Below, piece after piece: positions 45,825-56,501 of a stretch of 64,000 nt of DNA. The number at the start of each line of letters is the position of its first letter. Positions within the stretch are counted from its first letter, which is position 1. Both the position numbers and the translations under genes were made by a program. Source of the DNA: Candidatus Thorarchaeota archaeon (GTDB lineage Archaea; Asgardarchaeota; Thorarchaeia; Thorarchaeales; Thorarchaeaceae). The DNA is taken from assembly GCA_019057475.1 (NCBI GenBank), contig DXJO01000010.1:64001-128000 (forward strand), in the 5' to 3' direction. The notes under the pieces are model-generated. The model did not search any database, had not been told where the DNA came from, and saw only the letters and a list, made by a program, of their open reading frames with translations.

Positions 45825-46882
45825 ATAGGAGGATGGTTCCCATAAGGCGTCCCTCGATCAACTTCAATTGGTTACAGGCTCTGACCGACGACACAGGCAT
45901 CCTCCAACACGCCAAATTCGCAGTTGCTAACAGAAAGGAGGGATACACGACTGATGATAATGCCCGTGCTCTTGTGGCTGTCCTCAAGTACTATAAACTA
46001 CGACGGGAGGAGCCAGTGTCAAGGCTTGCAGAAACCTATCTGAGTTTTCTCTTCCATATGCAGAAAGATGATGGGATGGTTCATAACTATATGGGGTACA
46101 ATCGCAGCTTCCTCGATGGAGAGGGGTCGCACGACTCACTAGGCCGGGTCCTCTGGGCCTCGGGTTACACTCAAGACACCCCAACTCCCGAGGACTTCAG
46201 AATGTCGGCGAAAGAGATCTTCGACAGGGGCCTTATCTGGGCACTGAAGTCTGACTCACCCCGGACCCGGGCTTTCGCCATCCTGGGCCTCTACCACTAT
46301 GCAGAGGCGTTCCCTCAAGACAAGAACCCTCCGTTGAACATGACCCTTCTGGCTAATCGACTCTGTGAGGGTTATAGGTGTGAGTCTACATCCTCCTGGC
46401 AGTGGTTTGAGCCATACCTCACCTATGCCAATCCTCGGCTCCCTCAGTCACTCTTCAGGGCCTATCAGACAACAGGAGAACAGGCCTATCTCCGCATCGC
46501 CGAAAAGACCCTTGGGTTTCTCGCAGAGAAACAAATCATTCAAGATGTGTTCCATCCGGTAGGGAATCGATCCTGGCTTATGAGGGGTGGAGAGCAGGCG
46601 CTCTACGATCAACAGCCCATTGAGGCATCATGCATGGTAGAGGCTGCATCCACAGCCTTTCAAGCAACTAAACAAGAGAAGTATCTTGAGATTGCCTACA
46701 CTGCCTTTGAGTGGTTTATGGGAAAGAACTCGAAGAAGGTAATAGTCTACAATCCAGCCACTAGCGGCTGCTACGACGGAATCACGCCTGAAGGGCTTAA
46801 CAGAAACCAAGGGGCCGAGGCTGCAATCTCCTTCCTCTTGGCGCGCCTTGAGATAGAGGCTCTGAGTAAGAAACACCTATAG
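45821..46882 (+). CDS. Six-hairpin glycosidase-like partner of the GT4
   Basis: LTDDTGILQHA, GYTTDDNARAL, WFE..LTY.N, YDQQP.EA, GCYDG...N.NQGAE. Confidence 0.82.
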   Translation: MNRRMVPIRRPSINFNWLQALTDDTGILQHAKFAVANRKEGYTTDDNARALVAVLKYYKLRREEPVSRLAETYLSFLFHMQKDDGMVHNYMGYNRSFLDGEGSHDSLGRVLWASGYTQDTPTPEDFRMSAKEIFDRGLIWALKSDSPRTRAFAILGLYHYAEAFPQDKNPPLNMTLLANRLCEGYRCESTSSWQWFEPYLTYANPRLPQSLFRAYQTTGEQAYLRIAEKTLGFLAEKQIIQDVFHPVGNRSWLMRGGEQALYDQQPIEASCMVEAASTAFQATKQEKYLEIAYTAFEWFMGKNSKKVIVYNPATSGCYDGITPEGLNRNQGAEAAISFLLARLEIEALSKKHL

Positions 46883-46908
46883 AGAGTGGCCAGGAAAACA
46901 GGACAGAA

Positions 46909-47793
46909 CTAAGGTAGCAGTTCCCCTAGGTCATACTCGACTCCGCACAACACCGTGTCGGCACCACCATAGTAGACCAAGAGCCGATCGTCCAACAGGA
47001 CACTCCCACAGCTGAAGACAACATTAGGCACCTTGCCAAAACGTTCATAGTCCTCTTGGGGCTCCAGTATCGGCTTCTCCGAGCGATAGAGAATCCTCTC
47101 AGGGTCATCCTTATCGATTAACAGTGCGCCGAGACGATAGACGTAGTCAAAGTCCACTCCATGGTATATGAATAGCCAGCCCTCATTGATCTCAATGGGC
47201 GGCCCTGCGGCTCCAACCTTCAGACAGTCCCAACTATTGGGTCTGGGATGCATCACAGCCTTGAGGTCGCACCAACTCTTTAGATCTTCAGAGTAAGCCA
47301 CACACAGATCAGGGTCGATACGACTATACATCACATAGTGTCCTTCTATCTTCCTAGGGAAGATCACCGCATTCTTGTTGTGGATACCCTCAAAGGGCAG
47401 CCACCTCTCTCCCCAGTTCCATCTGCCGGATAGGAGGTCTTCGAGAGAGACCTTGGTTAGGGAGATCTGGAACGCGTTCATAGGACTGTTCCTATAGGCT
47501 GTATAAGTCATCAAACATTCTCCATCCATCAGGATAAGCCTCGGGTCCTCGCACCCAAGATTCTCGTAGGAGTTTGACGGCGTAAACACGGGTTCAGGCT
47601 GTCTCTTGTCGATTGTATATCCATCCGAGGATTCTGCGTACCCAAGTCGTGAAACACCATCGTCCCCAATCGCACGGTAGAGGATGTGGACTCTTTCCCC
47701 GGCATAGAGAGCGGCAGCGTTGAACACTGTTCGAGTTTCCCAGTAATGTCCTGGCACTGATTCGAGAATCGGGTTGCCTTCAAAGCGCTTCAT
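46909..47793 (-). CDS. GH130-family mannoside phosphorylase/glycosidase
   Basis: FNAAA..LYRA, GCEDPR, NKNAVIFP.KI.G, YHGV, VPNVVF.CG, YYGGAD. Confidence 0.92.
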   Translation of the reverse strand: MKRFEGNPILESVPGHYWETRTVFNAAALYAGERVHILYRAIGDDGVSRLGYAESSDGYTIDKRQPEPVFTPSNSYENLGCEDPRLILMDGECLMTYTAYRNSPMNAFQISLTKVSLEDLLSGRWNWGERWLPFEGIHNKNAVIFPRKIEGHYVMYSRIDPDLCVAYSEDLKSWCDLKAVMHPRPNSWDCLKVGAAGPPIEINEGWLFIYHGVDFDYVYRLGALLIDKDDPERILYRSEKPILEPQEDYERFGKVPNVVFSCGSVLLDDRLLVYYGGADTVLCGVEYDLGELLP

Positions 47794-47826
47794 GGATCAT
47801 GTCTCCTGGTGTTGCATCGAGGTTTC

Positions 47827-48258
47827 TTACCCTGTGACCGTGTGCACGTTGAAAAGTTCATCCAAGATTGCTCTGAGACTCAGTAGGCCCTTTATGCATC
47901 CCTGTTCATCGACCACTGGCAGGTGTCGTATATTATACGAATGCATGATTCTATTAGCATGAGCGAAAGTAGCATCCTCACGGACGGTCTTGAGATTTCT
48001 CGTCATGACCTCCTTGAGAGGCGTGCTCAAGGGGACATCTGTGGCTATGACTCGGATGGCATCCCGTTCTGTGAATATTCCCTCACACTTCCGGTTCTTA
48101 TCGGCGACTATGACCGAGCCTATATGCTTGTGGTGGAGGATACCAATCACCTCTTTGATGGATATCTCCCCCGACGCAATCACCATATCTTCGATCATCA
48201 TGCCTTGAACTTTCAAAGCGTCATTCCTCTCCGGGAGAGTTTTCTGCGTCTGGACCAT
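47827..48258 (-). CDS. CBS-pair domain protein
   Basis: IGSVIV, GIFTERD, VMT, IRHLPVVD. Confidence 0.9.
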   Translation of the reverse strand: MVQTQKTLPERNDALKVQGMMIEDMVIASGEISIKEVIGILHHKHIGSVIVADKNRKCEGIFTERDAIRVIATDVPLSTPLKEVMTRNLKTVREDATFAHANRIMHSYNIRHLPVVDEQGCIKGLLSLRAILDELFNVHTVTG

Positions 48259-48394
48259 ATAAATAAGTGGTCATGTCTACAAAGCATCTCTTCTCAAGGT
48301 CTTCCATGACCTGCATGTGAACTTCAACCGCGATTCCGTTGCCGGTACTCGAACGCGAGGATATGAGATTAGGAACTCACTTGGGTGTGCTACC

Positions 48395-49945
48395 GTGACT
48401 GAGATTGCTTCTCAAGCTGCAAGGGGGACATCAGCATTCATGGTCCAAGCCGCGATATCTGGATCTATGCGGATAATCACTATGATGGTGCTAACTCGTC
48501 TGCTTATCCCTGCAGAGATGGGCCAGATTGCAGTTCTTGGAATCATCTTTGGCTATATGCAGTTTCTGGGAGCATTGGGATTGAACCACGCATCTCCTTT
48601 GGTCATCCCGGAGGCGGAGAGCGAGGGGCAGCAGGGACGAATCAAGGGGTTCGTTAGAAAGTCGGTAGGATATATTCTAGCATTCTCGGGCCTTCTTGCC
48701 CTCATAGTCTTGTTCTCAGTGCCATTGGTCCTCGGAACCAGCATAGTGTCCTCTGAACTGGTCTATCTGGTCCTCATCATTGTCCCTTTCTCCTCTCTTG
48801 AGGTATTTCTGGACTCGGTGCTTTTGGCTAGGTATCGGGTTCGCAGTCTTGTGGGAGGCCGGATTGTCTTTGATATCGTTCGTCTGGTTGTGTCGGTGCA
48901 ATTGGTCTTGATGGGTGTTGGTGTAGTTGGAGTTGTGATTGGCTGGTTGGCTAGCCAGCTTGTTGCAGTGATCATCTATGGTGCGTACGCCACAAAGGGA
49001 ATCCCTGATCCCTCGACAGTTATGAAGATGGCTCCTGTTCTTGCCTTTGCTCTTCCTAGCTTGGTGTTTCAGGCAATCGACGTCACAATCCAGAGCATTG
49101 ACAGGGTCATACTTCTGCATCTCACAGACCTGTCTTCTCTCGGGGTCTATGATGTTCTGCTCGGCGCGCTCTTCCTCATGAGCTTCGTGGCTCTCGCCGT
49201 TTCGACCTCTCTCTACCCGGTTCTAACAAACATCAGACTGGGCCTTACAGGGGATGAGGATAGCGGCCAGGAACTGGGTCGGGTTGTCGCTGCTCTTCTC
49301 AGGTACGTCATGATTCTCTTGCTCCCCATTTCCATCATTGTTTCGTTGAACTCAGGTCCAGTACTTGATATGTTGTTTGGTTCAGCCTACGCCAGCTTCC
49401 CAAACGCATCATTGTCGTTCTCGATTCTGATTGTGTCATACGCACTCTGGGGTGCCACTTACGCACTCCACTCCGTCCTGCGCTCAATGGGTGAAGCGCG
49501 TTTCTTCGTAGTTGTAGGTTTAGCAGTGATTGCTTTCGAGGTTCTAGGGTGTTGGTATTTGACCCAGTGGCTTGGCCTTCTCGGTTCCGCCCTGATACGG
49601 TCTGTCTACATCCTGCTCCTCTTCCTGACTGCGCTCGGGCGGACTCGTCAGAAGGGTGTGTCAGGACTGAGTTCCGTGGCCGTGTCAGTACTGAAAATTG
49701 TAGTAGTTTCATCAATATCAGGAATGCTTGTTGCATTCATCGCACCAACAGATGCTTTTGGGCTGCTATTCTGGCTCGCTCTAGCCTATTTGCTCTTCAT
49801 TGTCATGCTCTTTGCGGTGAGAGAAGTCAATGAGCTTGACTTCCGACTGTTGAAGTCACTTGCCCCCAAGTCGATGCATGAATCGATAGATCGGCTTCGC
49901 CGCCTATACTTCAGAAGCTCGGCTGACCCCGGTCCAGAGATCTAG
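48395..49945 (+). CDS. Oligosaccharide flippase (Wzx/MATE superfamily)
   Basis: About 14 TM helices; LTRLL.P.E.G, DRVIL..LGVY; start estimated at GTG 48395. Confidence 0.85.
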   Translation: MTEIASQAARGTSAFMVQAAISGSMRIITMMVLTRLLIPAEMGQIAVLGIIFGYMQFLGALGLNHASPLVIPEAESEGQQGRIKGFVRKSVGYILAFSGLLALIVLFSVPLVLGTSIVSSELVYLVLIIVPFSSLEVFLDSVLLARYRVRSLVGGRIVFDIVRLVVSVQLVLMGVGVVGVVIGWLASQLVAVIIYGAYATKGIPDPSTVMKMAPVLAFALPSLVFQAIDVTIQSIDRVILLHLTDLSSLGVYDVLLGALFLMSFVALAVSTSLYPVLTNIRLGLTGDEDSGQELGRVVAALLRYVMILLLPISIIVSLNSGPVLDMLFGSAYASFPNASLSFSILIVSYALWGATYALHSVLRSMGEARFFVVVGLAVIAFEVLGCWYLTQWLGLLGSALIRSVYILLLFLTALGRTRQKGVSGLSSVAVSVLKIVVVSSISGMLVAFIAPTDAFGLLFWLALAYLLFIVMLFAVREVNELDFRLLKSLAPKSMHESIDRLRRLYFRSSADPGPEI

Positions 49946-50974
49946 GTACGCTCTTGTCATACGATCCCAAGACATCTTTGATGCAAACTGTTTTCCCCGT
50001 TCTGAGATGCGAGCCGCCAAATGGGGGTCATTAATGATTCGTGCAATCTCGCGAGCCACTCCTTCCGGTGTGGTCTGAATGGAGATGGATCCGTTATCTT
50101 TCAGAACCCCCTTTAGGTAGGCTGCTTTCAGCGGACTTCCTGCAATTCCAATGACGGGAAGTCCCAGCGACATGGCCTCAAGTATCGAGAGATAGCCTGC
50201 CGCCAAGCAAATCTGGTTGGAATTCATCACAGCTTGTGGATTGGACACCAGTCCCATCTGTTCCATAGCAATACCCCTTGACTTCGCAAGATCCGACGCC
50301 TCTCTCCGAAGGCTGCCTTTGCCACACAAAGTAAGAGGCATTTCTATACCATGCTTTTTCTTCAGAATTGCAATTGCCTCAATATATCCCAATAGTCCTG
50401 TGTCCTGTTCCAATCTGCCAACAAATACTGCACCATTCCTTGGTTGCTCCACAAGGTCGACACAGTCAGTTGCCCCGGTTAGAATCACATCACAATCTAC
50501 GCCATAGGTTTCGGGTATGAAGTGTCCAATGCATATGGACCCGCTCACAAGCCGTCTCGCAATCTTGCGGAGCAGCTTGAAGATGACTGGAACAGGGTCT
50601 CTCTCAAACCCGTGGAATGTTGCATAGACGGGGGTTGCAAAGTCCATGACGAGCAGCGGGAGATACCAGAGAAGGAGAGGCAACGTATCATGTATGTGAA
50701 TGACACGAAATCCTCTGAACCTGCGGCGGTTTGCAATCATCCACAAATAGACTAAAGGTGGATTACGATCCCAACCATATGGTAACCTGATTACTCGAAC
50801 ATTCCTTTCTTGCTCTTGCCTTGGGAGGTCTGGGGTATGACTTGAGGTCAGTATTGTCAATCGTATACGTTTTCCCGATAGAATCGTGGCTACCTGACTA
50901 ACGTGTTTCTCAACGCCTCCAATGGCCGGATGATACTTGGCTGAAATCATCAGAACTCTCTTTGACACAGGCAA
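49904..50974 (-). CDS. GT4 glycosyltransferase
   Basis: GGVEKHV, FVGRLE.D.G, LSILEAMSLG.PVI. Confidence 0.88.
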   Translation of the reverse strand: MPVSKRVLMISAKYHPAIGGVEKHVSQVATILSGKRIRLTILTSSHTPDLPRQEQERNVRVIRLPYGWDRNPPLVYLWMIANRRRFRGFRVIHIHDTLPLLLWYLPLLVMDFATPVYATFHGFERDPVPVIFKLLRKIARRLVSGSICIGHFIPETYGVDCDVILTGATDCVDLVEQPRNGAVFVGRLEQDTGLLGYIEAIAILKKKHGIEMPLTLCGKGSLRREASDLAKSRGIAMEQMGLVSNPQAVMNSNQICLAAGYLSILEAMSLGLPVIGIAGSPLKAAYLKGVLKDNGSISIQTTPEGVAREIARIINDPHLAARISERGKQFASKMSWDRMTRAYLDLWTGVSRASEV

Positions 50975-51097
50975 TTTCTTGAAACCTTAACACCTAGTTA
51001 ACAAGCTGCCACTTTAGCGTTCTGGCTGCTATTCGTTGAATCGGCTTTGGTTCCGGTACGTCTAATTTCAACTGAATTCGAATTGAATATCTACGCT

Positions 51098-54000
51098 TCA
51101 GAGTACTTCATAGATGAACGTGCGTTGCCACCTATCATGATAGACACGTACTTCCTTTAGGATTCCTTTCTGAGCTAGATCCGAGTAGATGTAGTTCAGA
51201 TGATGTGCTAGCCACTCAATGACCACAACAACTCGCACTTCGTTCTGGTCAATATAATCCAAAACGGTTTCTGTTATGTTAGAGCTTCCCCTGATGCTTC
51301 CTGTGGGAATCTCAAGGAAAATGAAACGGTTTCGTGTATACCAACTGAGGTACTGTGACCCATCCATATTGGTCAAGACATTGATTCCAGGTTCGTATGT
51401 TTCCTTGAGAAAATCGCCTGCAGTTTTTATGCACTGGAAGGTATCCCGTGTTAAGTCTGTTTCGGCAATTCCGAATCCAATACCAGTTGTTATCATTAGC
51501 AGAAATGTGATGAAGAGGAGGGAAATTGGGATGTCTTTCCAGTGCTGCAACGTGAGATTAGCCTTCCGATGTGCTGCCTTCAACTTGTCATCTTGAGTTT
51601 CGATTACATGATTCGCAGTATCTTCTTGAGAGCCAATTACCGAAGCAATGCGAGCAAGAACCATGAAGGCAAGTGCTGATAAGTAGAAAAGACGAATTCC
51701 AATGAAAAATGCAAACCACGACTGCATATCTCCCATTGAAAAGATAGATGAATATGGCGGGTCTAACATAACATTGGGGGCAATTAGAAATACGCATCCA
51801 AACGCCATCGAAACTATTGCCAAGATGGCTAATGACAATGACTCCACTCGATTATGGAGCGTCACAACCAGTGCGATTACTAGACTAACGATGAGAATAA
51901 GGGCCATTCCCACCTGACTTGCACCTGAATGAATGTAACCCCCGCTATCAATCTGAGCAATAAGCATAAAGCGCATTTGATAAGGTAGCTCCAGCAGTTC
52001 TTGCTTGGTGACCACTGTGCAGTCATTTTCGCTCGAGCTGGATATTCTCACTTCTTCCAGAATGATGCTTGGATGGGTGCTGCTAGCCCAACCTACATAG
52101 AAGTCCAATCTTTGATGCCCTGTCCAGTTCACGCTCACCGCCAAATCTGCAATTGGATTCCCAGATGTATTCACAGAGCTTACGCCATTTCCCACGAGTT
52201 CGATGCGGTCATAGGCAGCATCATGGCATCTGACGGATGCGAAATATGAATCATTTTGACTAGGTATTTGAGGTCTAAGACTGAAGCGAATCCAAGTCGC
52301 TGAAACCTTGTGGGGGAGTCCAACCCTTTCGTTGCCGTAACTAATGGAATCTACCCTCTCATCCAAGACATCAATCTCAACAAAATGCGTATACGCTCCC
52401 ATAACCGGGAAGAAGTCGATGACAACGCCGCCACCATTACTGGATGCATCGATATTGACAGTTGCCTCTGAGAAGTAGCCATTTGTTATAGACCAGTTTG
52501 CACTTGACGGTTGGTTATAATCGGATATGCCATCAATACCATATCCTTTGAACCTGACCTTCAGCTTATACGAATACCCCGTTGCATTCCTGCAAACAAT
52601 GAATGCTTTTCTTGATTGAGATGAGTCGTCCAACCAAACGAATACTCCATCTGATAGTGTGAGATTATCCGGTTGCTGGACGTATGGGAACCCATAGGCC
52701 ACCATCCATGCTTCGAAATCGGCATCCGCATGGAACTCGCCAAATGCCATATTGTCTGGCACAGTCCATCTCTCCCAATCCTCAATGGAAACCTCTGCAA
52801 TCGAAATGCTGTAAAGCGAAGCAGGGATTAGAGTCGAAGCTGTGAGAATCGACAGAATGAGAAGAATTGGGAGCTGTCTTCCTTCTATTGCTCCGCATTT
52901 TCTTCTGGGCGTCACTAAAAGCAGAAGTGGCAGTGTGAAACACAGAATGAGTAGCGGCAAGCGTAGTAATATGACAAGTATTATGGTAGCGACAATAAGG
53001 ATCGCCCGATTCCTCTGAGCCCGTTTGTCAGGATTGCATCTGGCTATGGTCCATTGACTCAGCCATTCTTTTCCTCTCCTAATCATATCTTGCATATATG
53101 GAAGGGTGTCACTGAACATAATGGCAATTAGATAACAGGCAGGCAAGAAAGCAGGAAAAACATATCTCCAGAGATCGGGTTTGTAACGAAGTGGTGCCAG
53201 AGCATATGCACCAAGATACACTAGCAGCCAGATAATAATGGGCAAATCCTTCCTGTTTCGAATAAGCAGGACCCATCCTAGACTGATTGTAGCAAGAATG
53301 GTGAAGAAACTAAAGTATACGCCCATGTAAGTGTTGGATTCATTCAAAAACAGGACATTAGCTACCCATACTTCGAAAGCAGATCCAATATTCTCGAGAA
53401 TTCGGCCACTCTCAAGCATTGTGTCATATAGAGAACCACCATATATAATTTCGATAATTGTAGACGAGATGACGGTTGGAAACAGCATAAATGCAGCAAT
53501 GAAACTCAGACTTGCACCTAATGCTATCCATGCGAATGCATTATAGCTAATCAGCGGCTCCCTTTTTCTACGCTCGACAATGGCGACAATGAACACTGTA
53601 AGCGGGATCACAACAGCTGACACACGAACTGCAATGGCAACCATCATGAGAACTCCTGACAGCAGGCCCATTACTCTTGACTCCCTCCTAGTGCTTTCAA
53701 AAGCACTAACTAAAGCAATGGCGGCGATGACAGCAGCTGGTTGCTCAGTGAGGATTCTATTTGAATAGTGGATAAAAGCCCCGCTCGTTGCCACCAGTAA
53801 GGCTGACATAATCCCTGTATGATGTCCTCGAAGATGGAGTCCGAGTTTGTATACAGTGAGAATTGCCAGAATACCGAATAGCTGTGCAAGGAACCACCCT
53901 GCATATTCGGATGCCGTAACGAACATAGCAATTCGAATCAGGATGGGCAGGCCAGGTCTATAATGGACTCCATAGCGTGGCAGATTTGTGAAGAGTCCTA

Positions 54001-54136
54001 TTGCATTGGATAGGTACTGTGCTTCATCGGGTGAGAGATATGCCCATTGTTCAGTTCGAATCAATAAACGCAGAATTAAGCCTAGCAAGCAAATGAAAGC
54101 AAGCTGCCATGCTTCATCCAATCTCTTATCAGGCAT
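51098..54136 (-). CDS. Large ArnT/PMT (GT39/GT83)-like membrane glycosyltransferase with internal extracellular domain (1012 aa)
   Basis: PDEAQY, RPGLP, LTE, RY..P; many TM helices; soluble insert rich in N-x-S/T. Confidence 0.75.
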   Translation of the reverse strand: MPDKRLDEAWQLAFICLLGLILRLLIRTEQWAYLSPDEAQYLSNAIGLFTNLPRYGVHYRPGLPILIRIAMFVTASEYAGWFLAQLFGILAILTVYKLGLHLRGHHTGIMSALLVATSGAFIHYSNRILTEQPAAVIAAIALVSAFESTRRESRVMGLLSGVLMMVAIAVRVSAVVIPLTVFIVAIVERRKREPLISYNAFAWIALGASLSFIAAFMLFPTVISSTIIEIIYGGSLYDTMLESGRILENIGSAFEVWVANVLFLNESNTYMGVYFSFFTILATISLGWVLLIRNRKDLPIIIWLLVYLGAYALAPLRYKPDLWRYVFPAFLPACYLIAIMFSDTLPYMQDMIRRGKEWLSQWTIARCNPDKRAQRNRAILIVATIILVILLRLPLLILCFTLPLLLLVTPRRKCGAIEGRQLPILLILSILTASTLIPASLYSISIAEVSIEDWERWTVPDNMAFGEFHADADFEAWMVAYGFPYVQQPDNLTLSDGVFVWLDDSSQSRKAFIVCRNATGYSYKLKVRFKGYGIDGISDYNQPSSANWSITNGYFSEATVNIDASSNGGGVVIDFFPVMGAYTHFVEIDVLDERVDSISYGNERVGLPHKVSATWIRFSLRPQIPSQNDSYFASVRCHDAAYDRIELVGNGVSSVNTSGNPIADLAVSVNWTGHQRLDFYVGWASSTHPSIILEEVRISSSSENDCTVVTKQELLELPYQMRFMLIAQIDSGGYIHSGASQVGMALILIVSLVIALVVTLHNRVESLSLAILAIVSMAFGCVFLIAPNVMLDPPYSSIFSMGDMQSWFAFFIGIRLFYLSALAFMVLARIASVIGSQEDTANHVIETQDDKLKAAHRKANLTLQHWKDIPISLLFITFLLMITTGIGFGIAETDLTRDTFQCIKTAGDFLKETYEPGINVLTNMDGSQYLSWYTRNRFIFLEIPTGSIRGSSNITETVLDYIDQNEVRVVVVIEWLAHHLNYIYSDLAQKGILKEVRVYHDRWQRTFIYEVL

Positions 54137-54269
54137 AAAGGCACCCCTACTTCAATTCATCTGCTTAGGTACAATGCGAATCGTACACCTGCAATGTTGA
54201 ACCGAAATGAAAAAGCCTTCGGAAAATGGTTGACGTGATTTGTCCCGAGTCCAATCTCATATTCGCATG

Positions 54270-54526
54270 TTCCCAGAATTTGCAGAGCTTTGCTAGCATG
54301 TGAGCAATGTCTTCCTCAACCCTATGTTTCCTTTGCAAGCGAGATTGCGGATGTCATCGAGAAAAGCCTGAGAGCTGACATCGACGATATCAGAAAAGTT
54401 GTCGAATCAGACAGGAGAATCTCGTTGAGCTTCTTTGGGTCTGGCGCCGGACATGAAGACTCCCGCTTCCCAAAGGACGTTACAGGAATCAGGATGATCT
54501 TCCATTGCATGTGTCTTGGTGACTGA
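54270..54526 (+). pseudogene. UDP-glucose/GDP-mannose dehydrogenase central fragment
   Basis: AELC*HVSNVFL then frameshift to VSFASEIADVIE...DRRI...G.G..DSRFPKDV (cf. AELxKYxSNAFL...GxGFGGSCFPKD). Confidence 0.8.
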
Positions 54527-54723
54527 ATGAAACGACTATCTGAAGCCGGGCTTGGACAACCTGACATGACTTATGAAGAATCTTGTTATCGACTGCTGAA
54601 GATCGTTCGTGAAAATCCATAATTCATCCGATGCTGTCTGCAGTGCCGTGGAGAAACCTCCTGATTCCTGAAATGACTTAGGAACCGCCCAGTTTTCATG
54701 AAGCGAGTATACTAAGCACCACA

Positions 54724-54885
54724 ATACCCGTCGCGGGAAATGGAATGGGCTTTCGCCCTATTACCAAGCTGAAACCGAAGGGACTCGTTGAGGTTGCAGG
54801 CCAACCTGTTCTAGACCATCTCCTTTGGAATGCTGTACAGAGAGATATACTTATTTCCAACGACTTGATGAGCGGCGTAGGATAG
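54724..54885 (+). pseudogene. Nucleotidyltransferase N-terminal fragment
   Basis: Hand translation IPVAGNGMGFRPITKLKPKGLVEVAGQPVLDHLL..., stop at 54883. Confidence 0.75.
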
Positions 54886-54902
54886 ACGGAGTAGATTGAG
54901 CA

Positions 54903-56093
54903 TTGCGTGTTCTGGTGACAACTTCAACATTTCCGTTTGTAGGGCACGAGTATTGGGGCAATTTCGTAGAAGATCTAAATAAACGGATGGAGCAGCGGCA
55001 TGTAATCATCGGGACTGTAGTTCCGAAGTGTCGTTGCATAAAACGCTCGCAGAAGCACAGTCTTGGTACAATGGAGTTTGATTATTTCCTTCCTAGAAGC
55101 CTTCAGGTATTGGGTTGTCCTCCGGGACTAGAACACAACAGTAGGAGTATTCTTGGGAAGATACAGCTTCTATTCTATCTGTTATCCTTCACCCTGCATC
55201 TCTTTCTGGCCACGAAACGCCATAGACCTCATCTTATACATGCCAACTGGGCTATTCCCTCAGGACTAGTGTCTTGGATTGTGGGACGAATGACCCGAAC
55301 ACCTGTATTAGTCACTGTCCTTGGTGCTGACGTGTACCAGAAGGGATTTCGTAAACAGGTCATTAGGTTTGTTTTGGAACGTGTTGATCATGTCGTTGTG
55401 GTGAGCTCCCATGTCAAGCGATTACTTGTAGGATTCGCTAAACCGAAGAAACTGACAGTGATTCCAAATGCCATTGATGTACGTGCGATCATCTCTGCAA
55501 AGGAGAAGGCTAATCTACATGCAGTCAAGAAGCGGTTGGGCCTACGAGCCGATGATAGAACGGTTGTCACAGTTCGCCGCTTGGTGGTTGAGAAGCGGGT
55601 TCAGGACCTTGTTAAAGCAGCCGCACAAGTATTGCAGAGCATCAAAGGTGTTGTATTCCTGATTGGTGGATATGGACCTGAACTAGAGAGTCTTCGAGAA
55701 CTGACCAGGACATTGGATATAGAATCTAATGTTCGGTTCCTTGGTCCACTGTCTGAAGAAGAGAAGCTAGAGCTCCTTTCAATCGCTGACCTATGTGTAC
55801 AAACCTCTGTCCAAGAAGGGCTATCGCTCGCCCTCCTTGAATTCATGGCTTCAGGAGCTGTTGTGATTGCGTCTGCAGCGGCTGGTCAGAGCGATGTGAT
55901 TGAGGCTGGTGTAAATGGTCTGCTTTTTCCTGCAGCTGACACAGATGCTCTCGCAAATTGCATAGTGCAGGCTCTTCAGAACGATGAGTATCAAAATCTT
56001 GGTCCAGCTTCAAGGGAGTACGTGCTTGAGCATCATTCGTTTGAGGCTCAGGTTGAGAGATACATGAGTGTCTATCGGGAGTTTAGAACCTAG
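54903..56093 (+). CDS. GT4 glycosyltransferase
   Basis: HANWAIPSG, VIPNAID, RRLV.EK, EGLSLALLEFMASG. Confidence 0.9.
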   Translation: MRVLVTTSTFPFVGHEYWGNFVEDLNKRMEQRHVIIGTVVPKCRCIKRSQKHSLGTMEFDYFLPRSLQVLGCPPGLEHNSRSILGKIQLLFYLLSFTLHLFLATKRHRPHLIHANWAIPSGLVSWIVGRMTRTPVLVTVLGADVYQKGFRKQVIRFVLERVDHVVVVSSHVKRLLVGFAKPKKLTVIPNAIDVRAIISAKEKANLHAVKKRLGLRADDRTVVTVRRLVVEKRVQDLVKAAAQVLQSIKGVVFLIGGYGPELESLRELTRTLDIESNVRFLGPLSEEEKLELLSIADLCVQTSVQEGLSLALLEFMASGAVVIASAAAGQSDVIEAGVNGLLFPAADTDALANCIVQALQNDEYQNLGPASREYVLEHHSFEAQVERYMSVYREFRT

Positions 56094-56125
56094 TGTTCAT
56101 TGGGTTCAATATTGCAGCTTCCAAA

Positions 56126-56460
56126 CTACTTGGTTTTCGCTGCAACAATGTGAATTGAGTGGGGTGCCCACCTGAATCCAGACTGTGTGATTGTCACTGT
56201 CCCGAACATGCTAAGCTCCCTCCTTAAACTCTCGCATGTGAAACGCCAGTAGTCATCCGGCAGGTCGTGCAGCGGGTAGAAAAATGGGACACTCAACACT
56301 AAGTAGCCATTTGGTCGAAGTGCATCATGGATGTTCGCAATGGCATGTCGGTAGTCATACACATGTTCCAGTACATTGATTGCGATGATCACATCGCATT
56401 GGTTCTTGCAGTCCAGTTACATCTAGGACCTCACATCCTGGGTATGGTTTTATATCACGC
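56126..56460 (-). pseudogene. Truncated, frameshifted class I SAM methyltransferase
   Basis: DVII..NVLEHV...LRPNG.L..SVPF.YPLH..P.DYWRFT; in-frame TAA just upstream, DIKPYPG.EVLDV in another frame; motif I missing. Confidence 0.75.
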
Positions 56461-56501
56461 TTTAAGTGATAGAATCTCAATGGAATTATTGGTGTTGAAG
56501 A

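Noticed and set aside
49904-49945. 42-bp convergent overlap of flippase and GT4 (also 11 bp at 43177-43187)
   Set aside because: Short 3' overlaps are common in compact archaeal genomes; no sign of function.
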